A DNA stretch of 64,000 nucleotides, taken from Candidatus Obscuribacteraceae bacterium (GTDB taxonomy: Bacteria; Cyanobacteriota; Vampirovibrionia; Obscuribacterales; Obscuribacteraceae). A program made the position numbers and the translations under genes. Positions 39,161-49,148 of the stretch are shown here, one piece after another. The first letter of the stretch is position 1. Every line of letters starts with the position of its first letter. Location of the stretch: contig JBGASG010000004.1 of NCBI GenBank assembly GCA_044229845.1, positions 433,827 to 497,826 on the forward strand, read 5' to 3'. The notes beneath the pieces are model-generated. The model was not told the origin of the DNA and ran no database searches. It was given only the letters and a program-made list of their open reading frames with translations.

Positions 39161-39955
39161 TCAGTGAGCGTCGCTCGGCATGGGAATGCCGGTCAAGTCC
39201 GGCTTTTCCAACCAGGCGGGCGGCACCGCTTCCGCGTGCACAGTCGCATCGGCACGTGCAGTCGAGCGCAGTTCTTCACCGGCGCGGTCGACAGTGCCGG
39301 TCTGCACCAGATTGCCGTCCCCATCGTAGATGGACACGTCATACCGGTCGTCGTCGGCGTGGCGCTGGTCGACTCGCTGCGGCGTCTTGCCGTCGGCAGC
39401 CAGCAGGATGCCTTTGGCGACGCGCAGGTTGCGGTAGTAGTCGACGCTCTTCAGCCGCATGTTTTCCGGCTGTCCGTTCACCACATCGAACACCCACACC
39501 TGGACGATCGTGTCCAGAATGTCCGGCTGCGCGATGCTGATCACCAGCTCCCAGCGGTCGCGCTGCGTGTCAATGCCGTGCCTCCAGATGGTGAAGCTGT
39601 ACTTCGTCCAGCCGCGTTCATCACGCGTCAGGCCGTTGACCGACGACCCGTGATTGATGGCGAAAAGACGCAGCTTGCCGTCGGCGTAGCAGTCCTTCGT
39701 CACCGGGTCCTTCGCGTGCTTGGCGTTGTACTTCTCGTACTCCGCCTCCAGCGAGGAGGGCGCCACGACACACCCGACCGGGGCGGCAGTGGCATCGCCG
39801 GCAGTGGCATCGCCGGGTTCGGAAGGCGCCACCGCGATCAGCACCGAATCGGCATCAGACGGCGTTGTTCCGTGCTGCAAGTGCGGCACGCCAAAGGCAA
39901 GACCGGCGGCGACGATCAAAGCCGCGGCGCCCAACCAAAACGTTCTCTTTATCAT
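39161..39955 (-). CDS. Exported protein with MORN-like turns
   Basis: Signal/TM MIKRTFWLGAAALIV; CYADGK, AADGK, IYDGDG. Confidence 0.65.
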   Translation of the reverse strand: MIKRTFWLGAAALIVAAGLAFGVPHLQHGTTPSDADSVLIAVAPSEPGDATAGDATAAPVGCVVAPSSLEAEYEKYNAKHAKDPVTKDCYADGKLRLFAINHGSSVNGLTRDERGWTKYSFTIWRHGIDTQRDRWELVISIAQPDILDTIVQVWVFDVVNGQPENMRLKSVDYYRNLRVAKGILLAADGKTPQRVDQRHADDDRYDVSIYDGDGNLVQTGTVDRAGEELRSTARADATVHAEAVPPAWLEKPDLTGIPMPSDAH

Positions 39956-40075
39956 GGTGATGTTCCCTTGTTGGCATATCAAAGCAAACAAGCCGAGTGC
40001 ATGATGCGCGCCCTGCCTCAACGACGCGGTGCGTCGCGCAGGCAGAGCACACACCGTGCACTCAACTCGTCAAGT

Positions 40076-40720
40076 TCAGGCAACCGGCCAGGTGACCTTG
40101 GCGCGGAACCGGAAGCTCTCCTTATGAGACGCGCGATGCATCTCGAAGTAAGCCCAGTTGACGCTCTTGTCCCCGCTACGCTGCGTGCAGCCGAAGCCCT
40201 GGTAGGTCATCACGTCGACAGCCAGCTTGATCAGATACGGCAGCGTTTCCGATCGCAGCTCGCTCTCGTTTCTTACCGTCACCGGCACCGCTTGCCGTTC
40301 GTCGATGGGCATGAAGCTCAATTCCACCGTGAACTGCGGATGGGTGCTGCACGAAAGCGCCACCGTCGTTTCCGGACGGGCATCTTCGCCTTCGCCGTGC
40401 ACGCGTTTCGACCAGCCGTCGATCTGGAAATGGTTTCTTGCCAGGTCCAGCTCATGACGCTTCGGTCCTTCCAGACTGGCGCCGTCGGTGTTCTTCAACA
40501 GCAGTGTGCCGAGCATGTCCGTCAGCGGTCCCTTGGGCACTTGGCAGTGCTCGTCGAACTTGAGAGTGCCGCGGCAGCAGCCGCAGGACAGACCGCGGAA
40601 ACGATGCAGCATGGCATCGGAATCATGCGAGTAGCTGCCGAAGTGCTGCTCGTCGATGCCGATCACCGGCGTCGATTGGCTGTGACAGTTCGGGCAGTAG
40701 GGGAATCGAAAGAGTCTCAT
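40076..40720 (-). CDS. Hypothetical protein with CxxC motifs
   Basis: CPNC..CGCC; GGAG RBS. Confidence 0.6.
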   Translation of the reverse strand: MRLFRFPYCPNCHSQSTPVIGIDEQHFGSYSHDSDAMLHRFRGLSCGCCRGTLKFDEHCQVPKGPLTDMLGTLLLKNTDGASLEGPKRHELDLARNHFQIDGWSKRVHGEGEDARPETTVALSCSTHPQFTVELSFMPIDERQAVPVTVRNESELRSETLPYLIKLAVDVMTYQGFGCTQRSGDKSVNWAYFEMHRASHKESFRFRAKVTWPVA

Positions 40721-40898
40721 TGGGTTGCTCCATTGTTCGCCGTAGCGAATTACCCCCGTAGAGGCGCGGAAGCGCACCGCACCGCAGATGGTGCTCGTGA
40801 GCACCGGGCGCGCCGCACTGAGAAACGTGAGAGGCACGACCACCGAACACGGCTTTTCAGCTGCATTCCAGGGACATGCCTCTCGTTAGTCGAACAAC

Positions 40899-41168
40899 TC
40901 AGCGGTCTGAATACCGGCGAACGCGTACGTTGCCGGCCTTGCAGCCCACTGAGTTGAACCTGGTCGGAATGGCTTCGTAGCCTTCCAACTGCAGGATTTT
41001 GACGGCATCGTCGATGACGAAGTCGGCTTCGGGATAACCGTCGTCGATCATGACGTTGACGGCGGGGTCGAACTGACCGGGCTGATAGAGAGCAGCGTGC
41101 TTCTCCTTCAGCAGGTCGGCGAACGCCCGTCCGGCGACGTCATTGTTGACTGCGAGTTTGACCGACAT
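40899..41168 (-). CDS. Hypothetical protein
   Basis: AAGGA RBS, biased codons. Confidence 0.65.
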   Translation of the reverse strand: MSVKLAVNNDVAGRAFADLLKEKHAALYQPGQFDPAVNVMIDDGYPEADFVIDDAVKILQLEGYEAIPTRFNSVGCKAGNVRVRRYSDR

Positions 41169-41239
41169 GCTAGTCGTTCCTTCTCGGTTTTTGGTTGGTG
41201 GTGGTTGGTCGGATTAAGTAGACGCAGTGACGCGCAGCC

Positions 41240-41452
41240 TCAGCTGCAGCGGTAGTGCGCGAACGCGGTCTCGCTGTCGCCCAGCAGGACCTCGGTGGTG
41301 CCGGAGAACGGCACGCCCAGGTCACGCAAGAAAAGCTCGACCTCACCCTCGTGCACCTTGTCGTAGTGAACGGTGCCGGCGTTGCGGAAGCGCAAGCGGG
41401 TGGGCTTCTTGAACGTCGAACTGAATCGACGCTGGTCGCTGTTGTCCGCCAT
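41240..41452 (-). CDS. Hypothetical small protein
   Basis: GGAG RBS, MADNSDQRR. Confidence 0.55.
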   Translation of the reverse strand: MADNSDQRRFSSTFKKPTRLRFRNAGTVHYDKVHEGEVELFLRDLGVPFSGTTEVLLGDSETAFAHYRCS

Positions 41453-41854
41453 GTGGATCTCTCCGTAGGTTTGGCGTTGATGGGCTTCTCCGTCGCCTTC
41501 GTATAACCGACCGCCCATCTGGTGATGGTGGAACCTCAATGAGACTAGCTGTGTGCTGGTCTGAAAAAGTTTCGCGTCGGTTTCCGGGAATCAGGGTCGG
41601 GAGAAGTAGTCAGATGCAATCAGATCTCCAGCGCGTTTCTCGCTCGCGAGCGGGTTATGATTTATGACTGCGTGTTTTGAGGATTGTAAAGAGAGATCGC
41701 AGAAACCAGCATAGTAGGCTGTTTCACAAAGCTGCCACGCGTGCGCCATCCGCGCCAGCGGTGACTGGACTGATTGCCGATCAGCGCGCCGGCCACTGGC
41801 GCCGCCCGCGCTAGCCGGTCACACCTGGGCACTACCTGTGATACCGCTTCTCGA

Positions 41855-42649
41855 TCAGCGGGGACCCATAACCCCATCGAATGCTTTTTGAATTTCCAGG
41901 TCTTTCGGACGCAGCGTCTTGGCCATGCCATAGCAGGCCAACGCCGCCGGAAAGTCACCGGCCGCCTGCCGGCAGATGCCCAGGTTGTACCAGGCGATCG
42001 CATCACCAGGATGTTGTTTGACCATCGCATCAAGAAGCGGCGATGCCTCCGACCACTTTTGCGCATCGAGCAGCGCTTCGATTTCTTTGATCTTCGCCGC
42101 CTTCTGCGGATCGGAATTAGGCACCGCAGCAGTGTTCGGCGAGAAATCTTCTTTAAGCGCGGCTGCCAGCCTGGCTCCTACATCCGCGTCCGGCTTGATG
42201 TTGAGCGCTGCGCGATATTCGACGACCGCTCCGTAAATACGCTTTTCATTGAAAGCTTGATCGCCCAGCTTGACGCGGTCTTCGAAGCTGGCGGGATCTA
42301 GCCCCAGCCTGCGCATGATGCCGTCCAGGTTAGCCGCCGTGGTCTTGTTGCCCGAGCTGTAAAAAAGCGCTCGCTCAAACCATTTAATCGCCTGCTTCGG
42401 CTCGCTCTCCAGAGTCAGCCCCTTGTTGTTGCAGGCAATTCCCATGTTGTCCCGCGCCAGGCTGTAGAGCGGATCGCCCGCCAGCGCTTCTTCGAATTTG
42501 GCGATCGCGGTGTCGTAGTCTTTGTCGTTGAGAGCCTTGACGCCTTGATTATTCAGCCCGATCACCACCGGTGGTGTTTCCGCGACGGCCGACAGCGCCA
42601 CCGTCAGCAGTGGCAGCGTCAGAATCAGCAGCTTCTTGTAGTTCATCAT
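41855..42649 (-). CDS. Exported tetratricopeptide-repeat protein
   Basis: Signal peptide; LNNQGVKAL..AIAKFEEAL; AWYNLGIC. Confidence 0.85.
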   Translation of the reverse strand: MMNYKKLLILTLPLLTVALSAVAETPPVVIGLNNQGVKALNDKDYDTAIAKFEEALAGDPLYSLARDNMGIACNNKGLTLESEPKQAIKWFERALFYSSGNKTTAANLDGIMRRLGLDPASFEDRVKLGDQAFNEKRIYGAVVEYRAALNIKPDADVGARLAAALKEDFSPNTAAVPNSDPQKAAKIKEIEALLDAQKWSEASPLLDAMVKQHPGDAIAWYNLGICRQAAGDFPAALACYGMAKTLRPKDLEIQKAFDGVMGPR

Positions 42650-43413
42650 TATTTGCTGCCTCCGGCGGTTTGACCTTTCGGTTTCTCATGAACGTTGTAG
42701 TCAAAGGTGAATTGAATATCGACGGAATCGGGAGAGCCCGCCGGCAGAGGCGGCAACTTGCCGACAGCGCGCACCGCCGCCAGAGCCTTTTCGTTGGCGG
42801 TCTCGTCATCAGCCGTCGTCGTCAAATGGAGATCGGAGATGTTGCCCAGATAGTCGATTTTGAACTGCGCCTGCACATGCTTGCTGGTGTCCTTCTTCGG
42901 CGGCATCCAGTTGCTCTTGATGGCGCGTTGCATGCCCGCCATATAAGGGCCGAAATCAACAGTCGGCGCCCGATCTTCGACCTTAACGCTGCCGTCGGCT
43001 TTAAAAGTGACGTGCCAGGGGAGGCTTTTGTCAGTCCACTTTTGAGCGCTCGCCTCCTTGAGCAAAAGCGCCTTGGCCGCCTCGTCATATTCGGAACTAG
43101 TCGACGAGTTGTAGATGGAGACCTGAAACTTCGCTACTGGTTTCGCCGGGTCGAACGTGAACGATACGAACCCGCGACCAGGTTTGGAGGGCGGCTTCCA
43201 CTCTTTCCGCAAGCGCGCACTCAGGTCACTCATCTCACCGGTGGCGGTGGCACCGGTTGCCTGTCCGGCGGCTGCCTGCCCACTGTCCCAGTGCCTGGGC
43301 TTGGGAAGCGGCGGATCGGCGTGCGCCCAATTCGCAGCCGGTCCGATGATAAGGAAACCAGCCAGGGCAGCCAAAACCGCTGCCCGCATCGCGCCAGAAC
43401 GTGCGTTTTGCAT
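42649..43413 (-). CDS. TonB C-terminal domain protein
   Basis: DFGPYMAGMQRAIKSNWMPP..ALAAVR..LPPLP..VDIQFTFDY. Confidence 0.8.
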   Translation of the reverse strand: MQNARSGAMRAAVLAALAGFLIIGPAANWAHADPPLPKPRHWDSGQAAAGQATGATATGEMSDLSARLRKEWKPPSKPGRGFVSFTFDPAKPVAKFQVSIYNSSTSSEYDEAAKALLLKEASAQKWTDKSLPWHVTFKADGSVKVEDRAPTVDFGPYMAGMQRAIKSNWMPPKKDTSKHVQAQFKIDYLGNISDLHLTTTADDETANEKALAAVRAVGKLPPLPAGSPDSVDIQFTFDYNVHEKPKGQTAGGSK

Positions 43414-43540
43414 AGCAATAAACCTGTTAACCGATTGAGCGCATAGTATAGACCACAGGCGCGATTGCACGGGGAGAAACCGGCTGTCAGTGGCCGGCTT
43501 TCTCCCTTATGCTGACGATTGAGATCAGGCAGGAAACCCC

Positions 43541-44827
43541 ATGTTCGCGCGCTTCAAACAGTTTCTTCCAGCCGCAGAAAAATTCGCGGGCAGCATCAAA
43601 CCGGCACCGATTGGCAAGCTTGCCGGCACACTGACCGCCGCCATTCCAGTCGCCGGATTTGTTGTCTGCGCCATCGCCTGCCCGTCTCCACAGCTGGTGG
43701 GCGCTGTCTGCCTGGAAGTGGGAGGACTGGCTTTTCTGGTCTACTGGCGCCACCTGCGGCGCCCGCGCCCGCTCGCACACACGCGCCTGCAATCATGTCT
43801 GGACTGGTGGCGCCGGCGCTACCGCCGGCAGTTTCGTGTCGGATCCGCTGTACAAAGCGCGAGCGCTCTGCTGACGATCGCCGCCGCATTGGCTCTGACT
43901 GTCGAGTTTGCTGGTTTCTTCCTGGCGTTTTGCGGGCAAGAAACCGCTGCGCGCACGCTGTTCGTCAACCTGCCGGTCTCGCGCTGGCTCACGGGACATC
44001 CGGCGCACTCGCTGGAGTTTCTTGCCGGAGCCTATGCCGATGCAGGCAATTACCGTCGCGCTCATCCCCTCTACACGGACCTGGCACGCATCCGCACCGC
44101 CAGCCTGCCTCCCGGCGACGAACTGGTGCCCGCCATCTGGACCGATATCGGCATGCTCTACATGCGCGAGAAACAATTTGCTCAGGCAGAAACGGCGTTC
44201 CGCCGGTCGCTTTCCATGGCAGAGCGCGCGCAGGCAGACCTGATGGCCGGGCGTTTGCTGACCGGGTTGGGAAATGCGTTGCGCGAACAGGGACGATACG
44301 GAGAAGCTGACACCGTTTACCGCCAAGCGATTGCGATGCGCTCGCAGAAATTTGGCGCGGGCAGCCTCAAAGTGGCGGAGTCGCTCAGTGAATATGCTGT
44401 CTGTCTCGAACGCGCCGGGCGCGCTCACGAAGCCGCCGACTGCCGAGCGCGGGTCGCGCAAATTATCGCGAGCCTCAAACGCGCGGGCGGCGCTCGTGCC
44501 GCCGTTTCGCCGGCATTGCTTGCCGCCGGCACAATTTTCACTCTGGTGATTTCACTGCTTGCCTTCGCAGGTGATACCATTCTCATCCAACTCACGCGGC
44601 TGATTCTAAGACGCAAAGCCGCATCCCAACCGCTTTCCACCGAAGAAGTCGAGCTGCTCGCTCTGCTCTCCACACTCGGACGGACGGTGACCACTGATGC
44701 ATCCACCCGTTTGTCACAAACCAAACCTGCCGATGTGACAAAACCCGCTCCGCGCCGCGGATGTGTCAACCTGCCGCCCTATAAACTTGACAAACCGGCT
44801 CCGCACCTCGGTTTTGTCAAGTTTTGA
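43541..44827 (+). CDS. Membrane TPR protein; 3' end runs into the repeat array
   Basis: TMs; LGNALREQGRYGEA..YRQAIA..KVAESL kinesin-light-chain-like TPRs. Confidence 0.75.
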   Translation: MFARFKQFLPAAEKFAGSIKPAPIGKLAGTLTAAIPVAGFVVCAIACPSPQLVGAVCLEVGGLAFLVYWRHLRRPRPLAHTRLQSCLDWWRRRYRRQFRVGSAVQSASALLTIAAALALTVEFAGFFLAFCGQETAARTLFVNLPVSRWLTGHPAHSLEFLAGAYADAGNYRRAHPLYTDLARIRTASLPPGDELVPAIWTDIGMLYMREKQFAQAETAFRRSLSMAERAQADLMAGRLLTGLGNALREQGRYGEADTVYRQAIAMRSQKFGAGSLKVAESLSEYAVCLERAGRAHEAADCRARVAQIIASLKRAGGARAAVSPALLAAGTIFTLVISLLAFAGDTILIQLTRLILRRKAASQPLSTEEVELLALLSTLGRTVTTDASTRLSQTKPADVTKPAPRRGCVNLPPYKLDKPAPHLGFVKF

Positions 44828-45104
44828 ATCCGATAAGTTGACAAAACCCGCTCCTCACCCCTGATTTGTCAACCACGAGACCGAAAAACTTGACAAAACA
44901 GGCTCCGCACCTCGGTTTTGTCAACCTGCGAGACCGAAAACTTGACAGAAGCATCTTCGAACCTCAGCTTTGTAATCAAAACAGGCATTTCAATTACAAA
45001 ACAGGCTTAAGGCTTCGGTTTTGTAATTAAAACCGGCTGTTTCAGTTACAAATTGGGCTGGAGATCGTGTTTTTGTAATCAAAACAAGCAGTTTCAATTA
45101 CAAA
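44710..45104. repeat. Array of 8 palindromic units with a 51-52 bp period
   Basis: Arms TTTGTCAA/TTGACAAA (units 1-5) or TTTGTAAT/ATTACAAA (units 6-8); inner spacer 16-17 bp, outer 18-19 bp. Confidence 0.9.
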
Positions 45105-45109
45105 TCGAC

Positions 45110-45380
45110 GGGTGCGCGCGGGTGCGGGTGCGCGGATGCGCGGGTGCGCGCGGGTGCGGGTGCGCGGATGCGCGGGTGCGCGCGGGTGCGGGTGCGCGGA
45201 TGCGCGGGTGCGCGGATGCGGGTGCGGGTGCGGGTGCGCGGATGCGGGTGCGCGGGTGCGGGTGCGCGGATGCGGGTGCGGGTGCGGGTGCGGATGCGGA
45301 TGTGGGTGTGGGTGCGCGCGAGCCGGGTGTGGGTGCGCGCGAGCCGGGTGTGGGTGCGCGCGAGCCGGGTGCGGGTGCGG
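45110..45380 (+). repeat. Irregular G-rich simple repeat GG(G/A)T(GC)1-3
   Basis: Three 32-bp units at 45110-45205, irregular 6-8-mers, then three 21-bp GGGTGTGGGTGCGCGCGAGCC units. Confidence 0.9.
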
Positions 45381-46021
45381 CGCTAGCTGCGTGAGGTGCG
45401 CAGCCGGCTGACACGCCTTATGCACGCGAGGCGCGAAAGCGCCGCCTGTCCGCGTCCCGCCTAGCGTAGAGGCACTAGATGCGGTTGTAATGAGAATCTG
45501 TAAAGGTCCTCTTGACTAGCAAATTCTCAACCAGATCTGATACCCAATTGAGTATCTCTTTTCTTTCCCTGTCCACGTGTAATCAGCGAGCTAACAAGCA
45601 ATACCTGCGGCTCAATGGAAGTTTCTTCCTGGAACCTGTTGTTCCGCGGGAGCGCACGCGCGTCAAGGCAACATCAACAACCATCACCACCGGCGAGCAC
45701 CGCAACCACGGCAGCCGCACGGTGACACCACCAACCACCCGAACCCCAGAAAAGTACGCAGTCTCGATATGGCGCCGGTTCGCTCGGACCCGCGCTATAC
45801 CGAAGCTGCGTATTCGACGTACAAGCAAAAGCAAGGCATCGCTCCATGAAGGGGCGAATCAATCAGCAGTCCGATCGGCTCCAACCTGCCTGACTGCACG
45901 TTAGTGAAACTCGACGACCGCCATGAGGCAGTCGCCGCAACCCACAACATCCTAACCCGCGCACGTGACACCTCGCCCAGAGCAGGCGAGCGGTCACGCT
46001 GCGCATCCAGGAGACAGTGCT

Positions 46022-47611
46022 ATGCCTGACTCACACAATATCGTTCTCTACGCACTGGATGTCGCCCGCTCCCTGGGAGCGAGTTACGCCGATGCGCGAT
46101 TCGTCGCTCAGAAGAGCGAAGGAATCGACACGTTCATGGAGCGCCTCACCGGAGCCGGCGTCGACGAGACTTTCTCGGTCGGCGTGCGGGTTCTGTACAA
46201 GGGCGCCTTCGGCTTCGCCTCCGCCGCAGGGCTGGGCAAGCGCGCCGTCGAAACCGCCGTCCGCAAAGCCATCGAGATCGCCAAGATCAGCGCCAAGGTC
46301 AACAAGCACCCCATCGAACTGGCTCCCGAGCCGGCTCACCGGGGCAGCTGGTCGGCTCCGTGCTTGATCGATCCGTTCTCGATTCCGACCGAGACCAAGG
46401 TCGCTCTGCTTCTCGAAGCGGAGAAGATCATGACCAAGCAACGCGGCGTCAAGATCACCAGCGGATCCATGTGCTTCACTCGCGAGCACAAGATCTTCGG
46501 CAACACCGATGGCACGCTCGTCGAACAGACGTTCATCACCACCGGGGTCGGCATGGACGCCACGGCGTTCGACGACCAGGGCCTGCACCAAGTTCGTTCC
46601 TGGCCGAACTCGTTCGGCGGGCAGTACGAGCTGGGTGGCTGGGAAGTCGTGCAGAAGTGGGACCTCTTGGGCAACGCCGCGCGCGTCGCCGAGGAAGCGG
46701 TCATGGTGTCGCGGGCGCCCCTGTGCCCCGAGATGACCACTGACCTGATCATCGGTGCGTCGCAGGTGTCCCTGCAGATCCACGAGAGCATCGGCCATGC
46801 TCTCGAGTCGGATCGCGTGCTTGGTCGCGAGATCAACTACGCGGGCGGCAGCTTCGCTCAGCCGCACATGCTGGGCAACTTCCGCTACGGCTCCAAGCTC
46901 GTCAACGTCGCCGCCGATGCCACCATTCCCGGTGCGCTGGGCAGCTACAAGTGGGACGACGAGGGTGTCCTCGGTCAGCGCATCCCGCTGATCGAAAACG
47001 GCATCCTGACCGGCTACCTCACCTCCAGGCAGACCGCCCACGAGTTGAGACTGGCCCGTTCCGGCGGCATGATGCGTGCGCAGTCGGGAGAGTACACCCC
47101 GATGATCCGCATGACCAACGTGTCCCTTGCCCCCGGGCAGGACGGCACGCTGGAAGACATCATCGCCAACACCAAGAGCGGCATCTACCTGGACATGAAC
47201 TACTCCTGGTCGATCGACGACCTGCGGCACAACTTCCAGTTTGGCTGCGAGGTCGGTTGGTTGATCAAGAACGGCAAGCGCGCCGGCGTCGTGCGGAATC
47301 CGAACTACTGGGGCATCACCCAGGACTTCTGGAGGAAGTGCGTGGCGGTGGGCTCGTCGTCGGATTGGCTCGTCTGGGGCATTCCGTCGTGCGGCAAGGG
47401 GCAACCCTCGCAGGACGGTCATGTCGGTCACGGTGCTTCGCCGTGCAAGTTCCGCAACGTGCAGGTGGGACTCGCCATCCCGCCGGACCTCGCGAATTCG
47501 AACAGAGGTGGCAGCCGCAAGCGGCGTTCCGGAAGGAACAACGTCAGCGCGCGGTCCAACCGGTTCGTTCACCATCACCACGGCCACAACGGCTCCAAAC
47601 ACTGCTGCTGA
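46022..47611 (+). CDS. tldD: TldD metalloprotease
   Basis: ASYADAR, QIHESIGHALE (HExxxH), DDEGV, IRMTN, CGKGQP..VGHG. Confidence 0.92.
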   Translation: MPDSHNIVLYALDVARSLGASYADARFVAQKSEGIDTFMERLTGAGVDETFSVGVRVLYKGAFGFASAAGLGKRAVETAVRKAIEIAKISAKVNKHPIELAPEPAHRGSWSAPCLIDPFSIPTETKVALLLEAEKIMTKQRGVKITSGSMCFTREHKIFGNTDGTLVEQTFITTGVGMDATAFDDQGLHQVRSWPNSFGGQYELGGWEVVQKWDLLGNAARVAEEAVMVSRAPLCPEMTTDLIIGASQVSLQIHESIGHALESDRVLGREINYAGGSFAQPHMLGNFRYGSKLVNVAADATIPGALGSYKWDDEGVLGQRIPLIENGILTGYLTSRQTAHELRLARSGGMMRAQSGEYTPMIRMTNVSLAPGQDGTLEDIIANTKSGIYLDMNYSWSIDDLRHNFQFGCEVGWLIKNGKRAGVVRNPNYWGITQDFWRKCVAVGSSSDWLVWGIPSCGKGQPSQDGHVGHGASPCKFRNVQVGLAIPPDLANSNRGGSRKRRSGRNNVSARSNRFVHHHHGHNGSKHCC

Positions 47612-47627
47612 GGAAGGAGGCACGATC

Positions 47628-48995
47628 ATGATTAATCGAAGACAGTGTCAACGTATCTCCGACTTCATCATCACGTACGCGGGCGATCGCGTCCGTGGTA
47701 TCGAGGTCCTGATCAACGGGCTGGACGAAGCCAGTTCGCGGTTCGCCAACAACGAGCTGACCGACCATCTGCATGGCACGGCGGCCTCCGTCACCATCGG
47801 CGTGCAGCTCAAGGGCCGCACGGCGGTGTTCAGCGGCGACGACCTGACACGTGCCGGGTTGCGTCGTCTCGTGGACGGTGCCATCGCGTATGCGGAACAT
47901 CTGCCCCACGACAACACGACCCTGGCGCTCATCAAGCCGTCGGATCGCACCAGCGACTCGGCGGTGAAGGCGGCGCTGCGGCACTACGACGACCGTGTCG
48001 AGCGGCTGATCAAGAACGAAGCGGCGCGCGTCAAGCACGTCCAGGCCGTTCTCGACGTCGCTCGGCGCTACCGCCAGAAGGCCGCCGGCATCTACCAGGT
48101 GACGACCAGTGCCTTCTCGACCGCCAACTCCAACGGCGTCTTCCGGTTCGACCGGCAGACCGACGTGGAGTGTTCGGTGACCATGACCAGCCGGACCGCA
48201 TCCGGTTGGCAGAAAGAGTGCGGCAACACGGTGAAGTCGGTGAATGTGACGGCCCTGGCTGAGCGCGCTGCTCAGATCGCGGTCAAGTCGCGCGACCCGA
48301 TTTACGTTCGCCCCGGCGAATACACCGTGATCTTGACACCGGCAGCGGTGCTGGACCTGATCGGGTTCCTCTTCGAGGACCTGGAAGGGTCGGGGCACTG
48401 GGACGAGAGCTCCTCGTTCGCCGGCAAGATCGGCAAGCGGATTCTGGGACGCAACATCACCATCCGTGATGACGTGTACCACCCGCTGCAGTTCGGCTGC
48501 CCCTTCGACGACGAGGGCTTGAATCGGGAAGCTGTGACGCTCGTGGAAAACGGCGTCATTCGCAACCCGGTCAAGTCGCGGCGTTCGGTCATCGAGCTGG
48601 GCGGACATGCCACCGGTCACGGTGTCGGTCCGTCGGCAGGCGAAGGTGAAGGTGCGGTCAACATCGTCATGGACGGCGGCGATTCGAGCCTGGAGGAGAT
48701 GATTGCCTCCACGAAGCGTGGCCTGCTCATGACGCGCGTCTGGTACGTGCGCGATGTGGACCCCAACACGAAGCTGCTCACGGGGATGACTCGTGACGGC
48801 ACCTTCCTGATCGAGGACGGCAAGTTGAAGCGCGGTGTGAAGAACATGCGTTTCAACCAGAGCGCCATCCAGATGCTCAGGCACGCCGTCGAACTGGGCA
48901 AACCGGTTCTGGCGGCCGGCGAGGAGTGCTTCCCGGCGGTTGTGCCACCGATGAAGGTGGAAAACTTCCGCTTCTCCTCCCGCACCAGGGGATAA
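47628..48995 (+). CDS. pmbA: TldE/PmbA partner subunit
   Basis: RFANN, PGEYTVIL, PFDDEG, TGMTRDGTFLIEDG; no HExxxH; directly follows tldD. Confidence 0.88.
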   Translation: MINRRQCQRISDFIITYAGDRVRGIEVLINGLDEASSRFANNELTDHLHGTAASVTIGVQLKGRTAVFSGDDLTRAGLRRLVDGAIAYAEHLPHDNTTLALIKPSDRTSDSAVKAALRHYDDRVERLIKNEAARVKHVQAVLDVARRYRQKAAGIYQVTTSAFSTANSNGVFRFDRQTDVECSVTMTSRTASGWQKECGNTVKSVNVTALAERAAQIAVKSRDPIYVRPGEYTVILTPAAVLDLIGFLFEDLEGSGHWDESSSFAGKIGKRILGRNITIRDDVYHPLQFGCPFDDEGLNREAVTLVENGVIRNPVKSRRSVIELGGHATGHGVGPSAGEGEGAVNIVMDGGDSSLEEMIASTKRGLLMTRVWYVRDVDPNTKLLTGMTRDGTFLIEDGKLKRGVKNMRFNQSAIQMLRHAVELGKPVLAAGEECFPAVVPPMKVENFRFSSRTRG

Positions 48996-49148
48996 GACGG
49001 GCTGCCAGTCAGGCTGTGACGGCATGGGCATCCGGTGGCGATTCGTCGCCGCCGTGTCCCATCGCCGTCGCCGCTTGAGTGACGAACCTGAAACCCAACC
49101 CGCCTCGCAATGAGTCGCGGGGCCGATTGAGTTACGGAGAACAAGACA

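Noticed and set aside
44710..45104. CRISPR array
   Set aside because: Conserved parts are only 8-bp arms, the intervening segments are 16-19 bp and resemble each other, and there are no cas genes in the window
45042..45425. ORFs with HPHP, GCGC or RVRV repeats
   Set aside because: Most frames are open simply because the simple repeat lacks stop codons; no RBS
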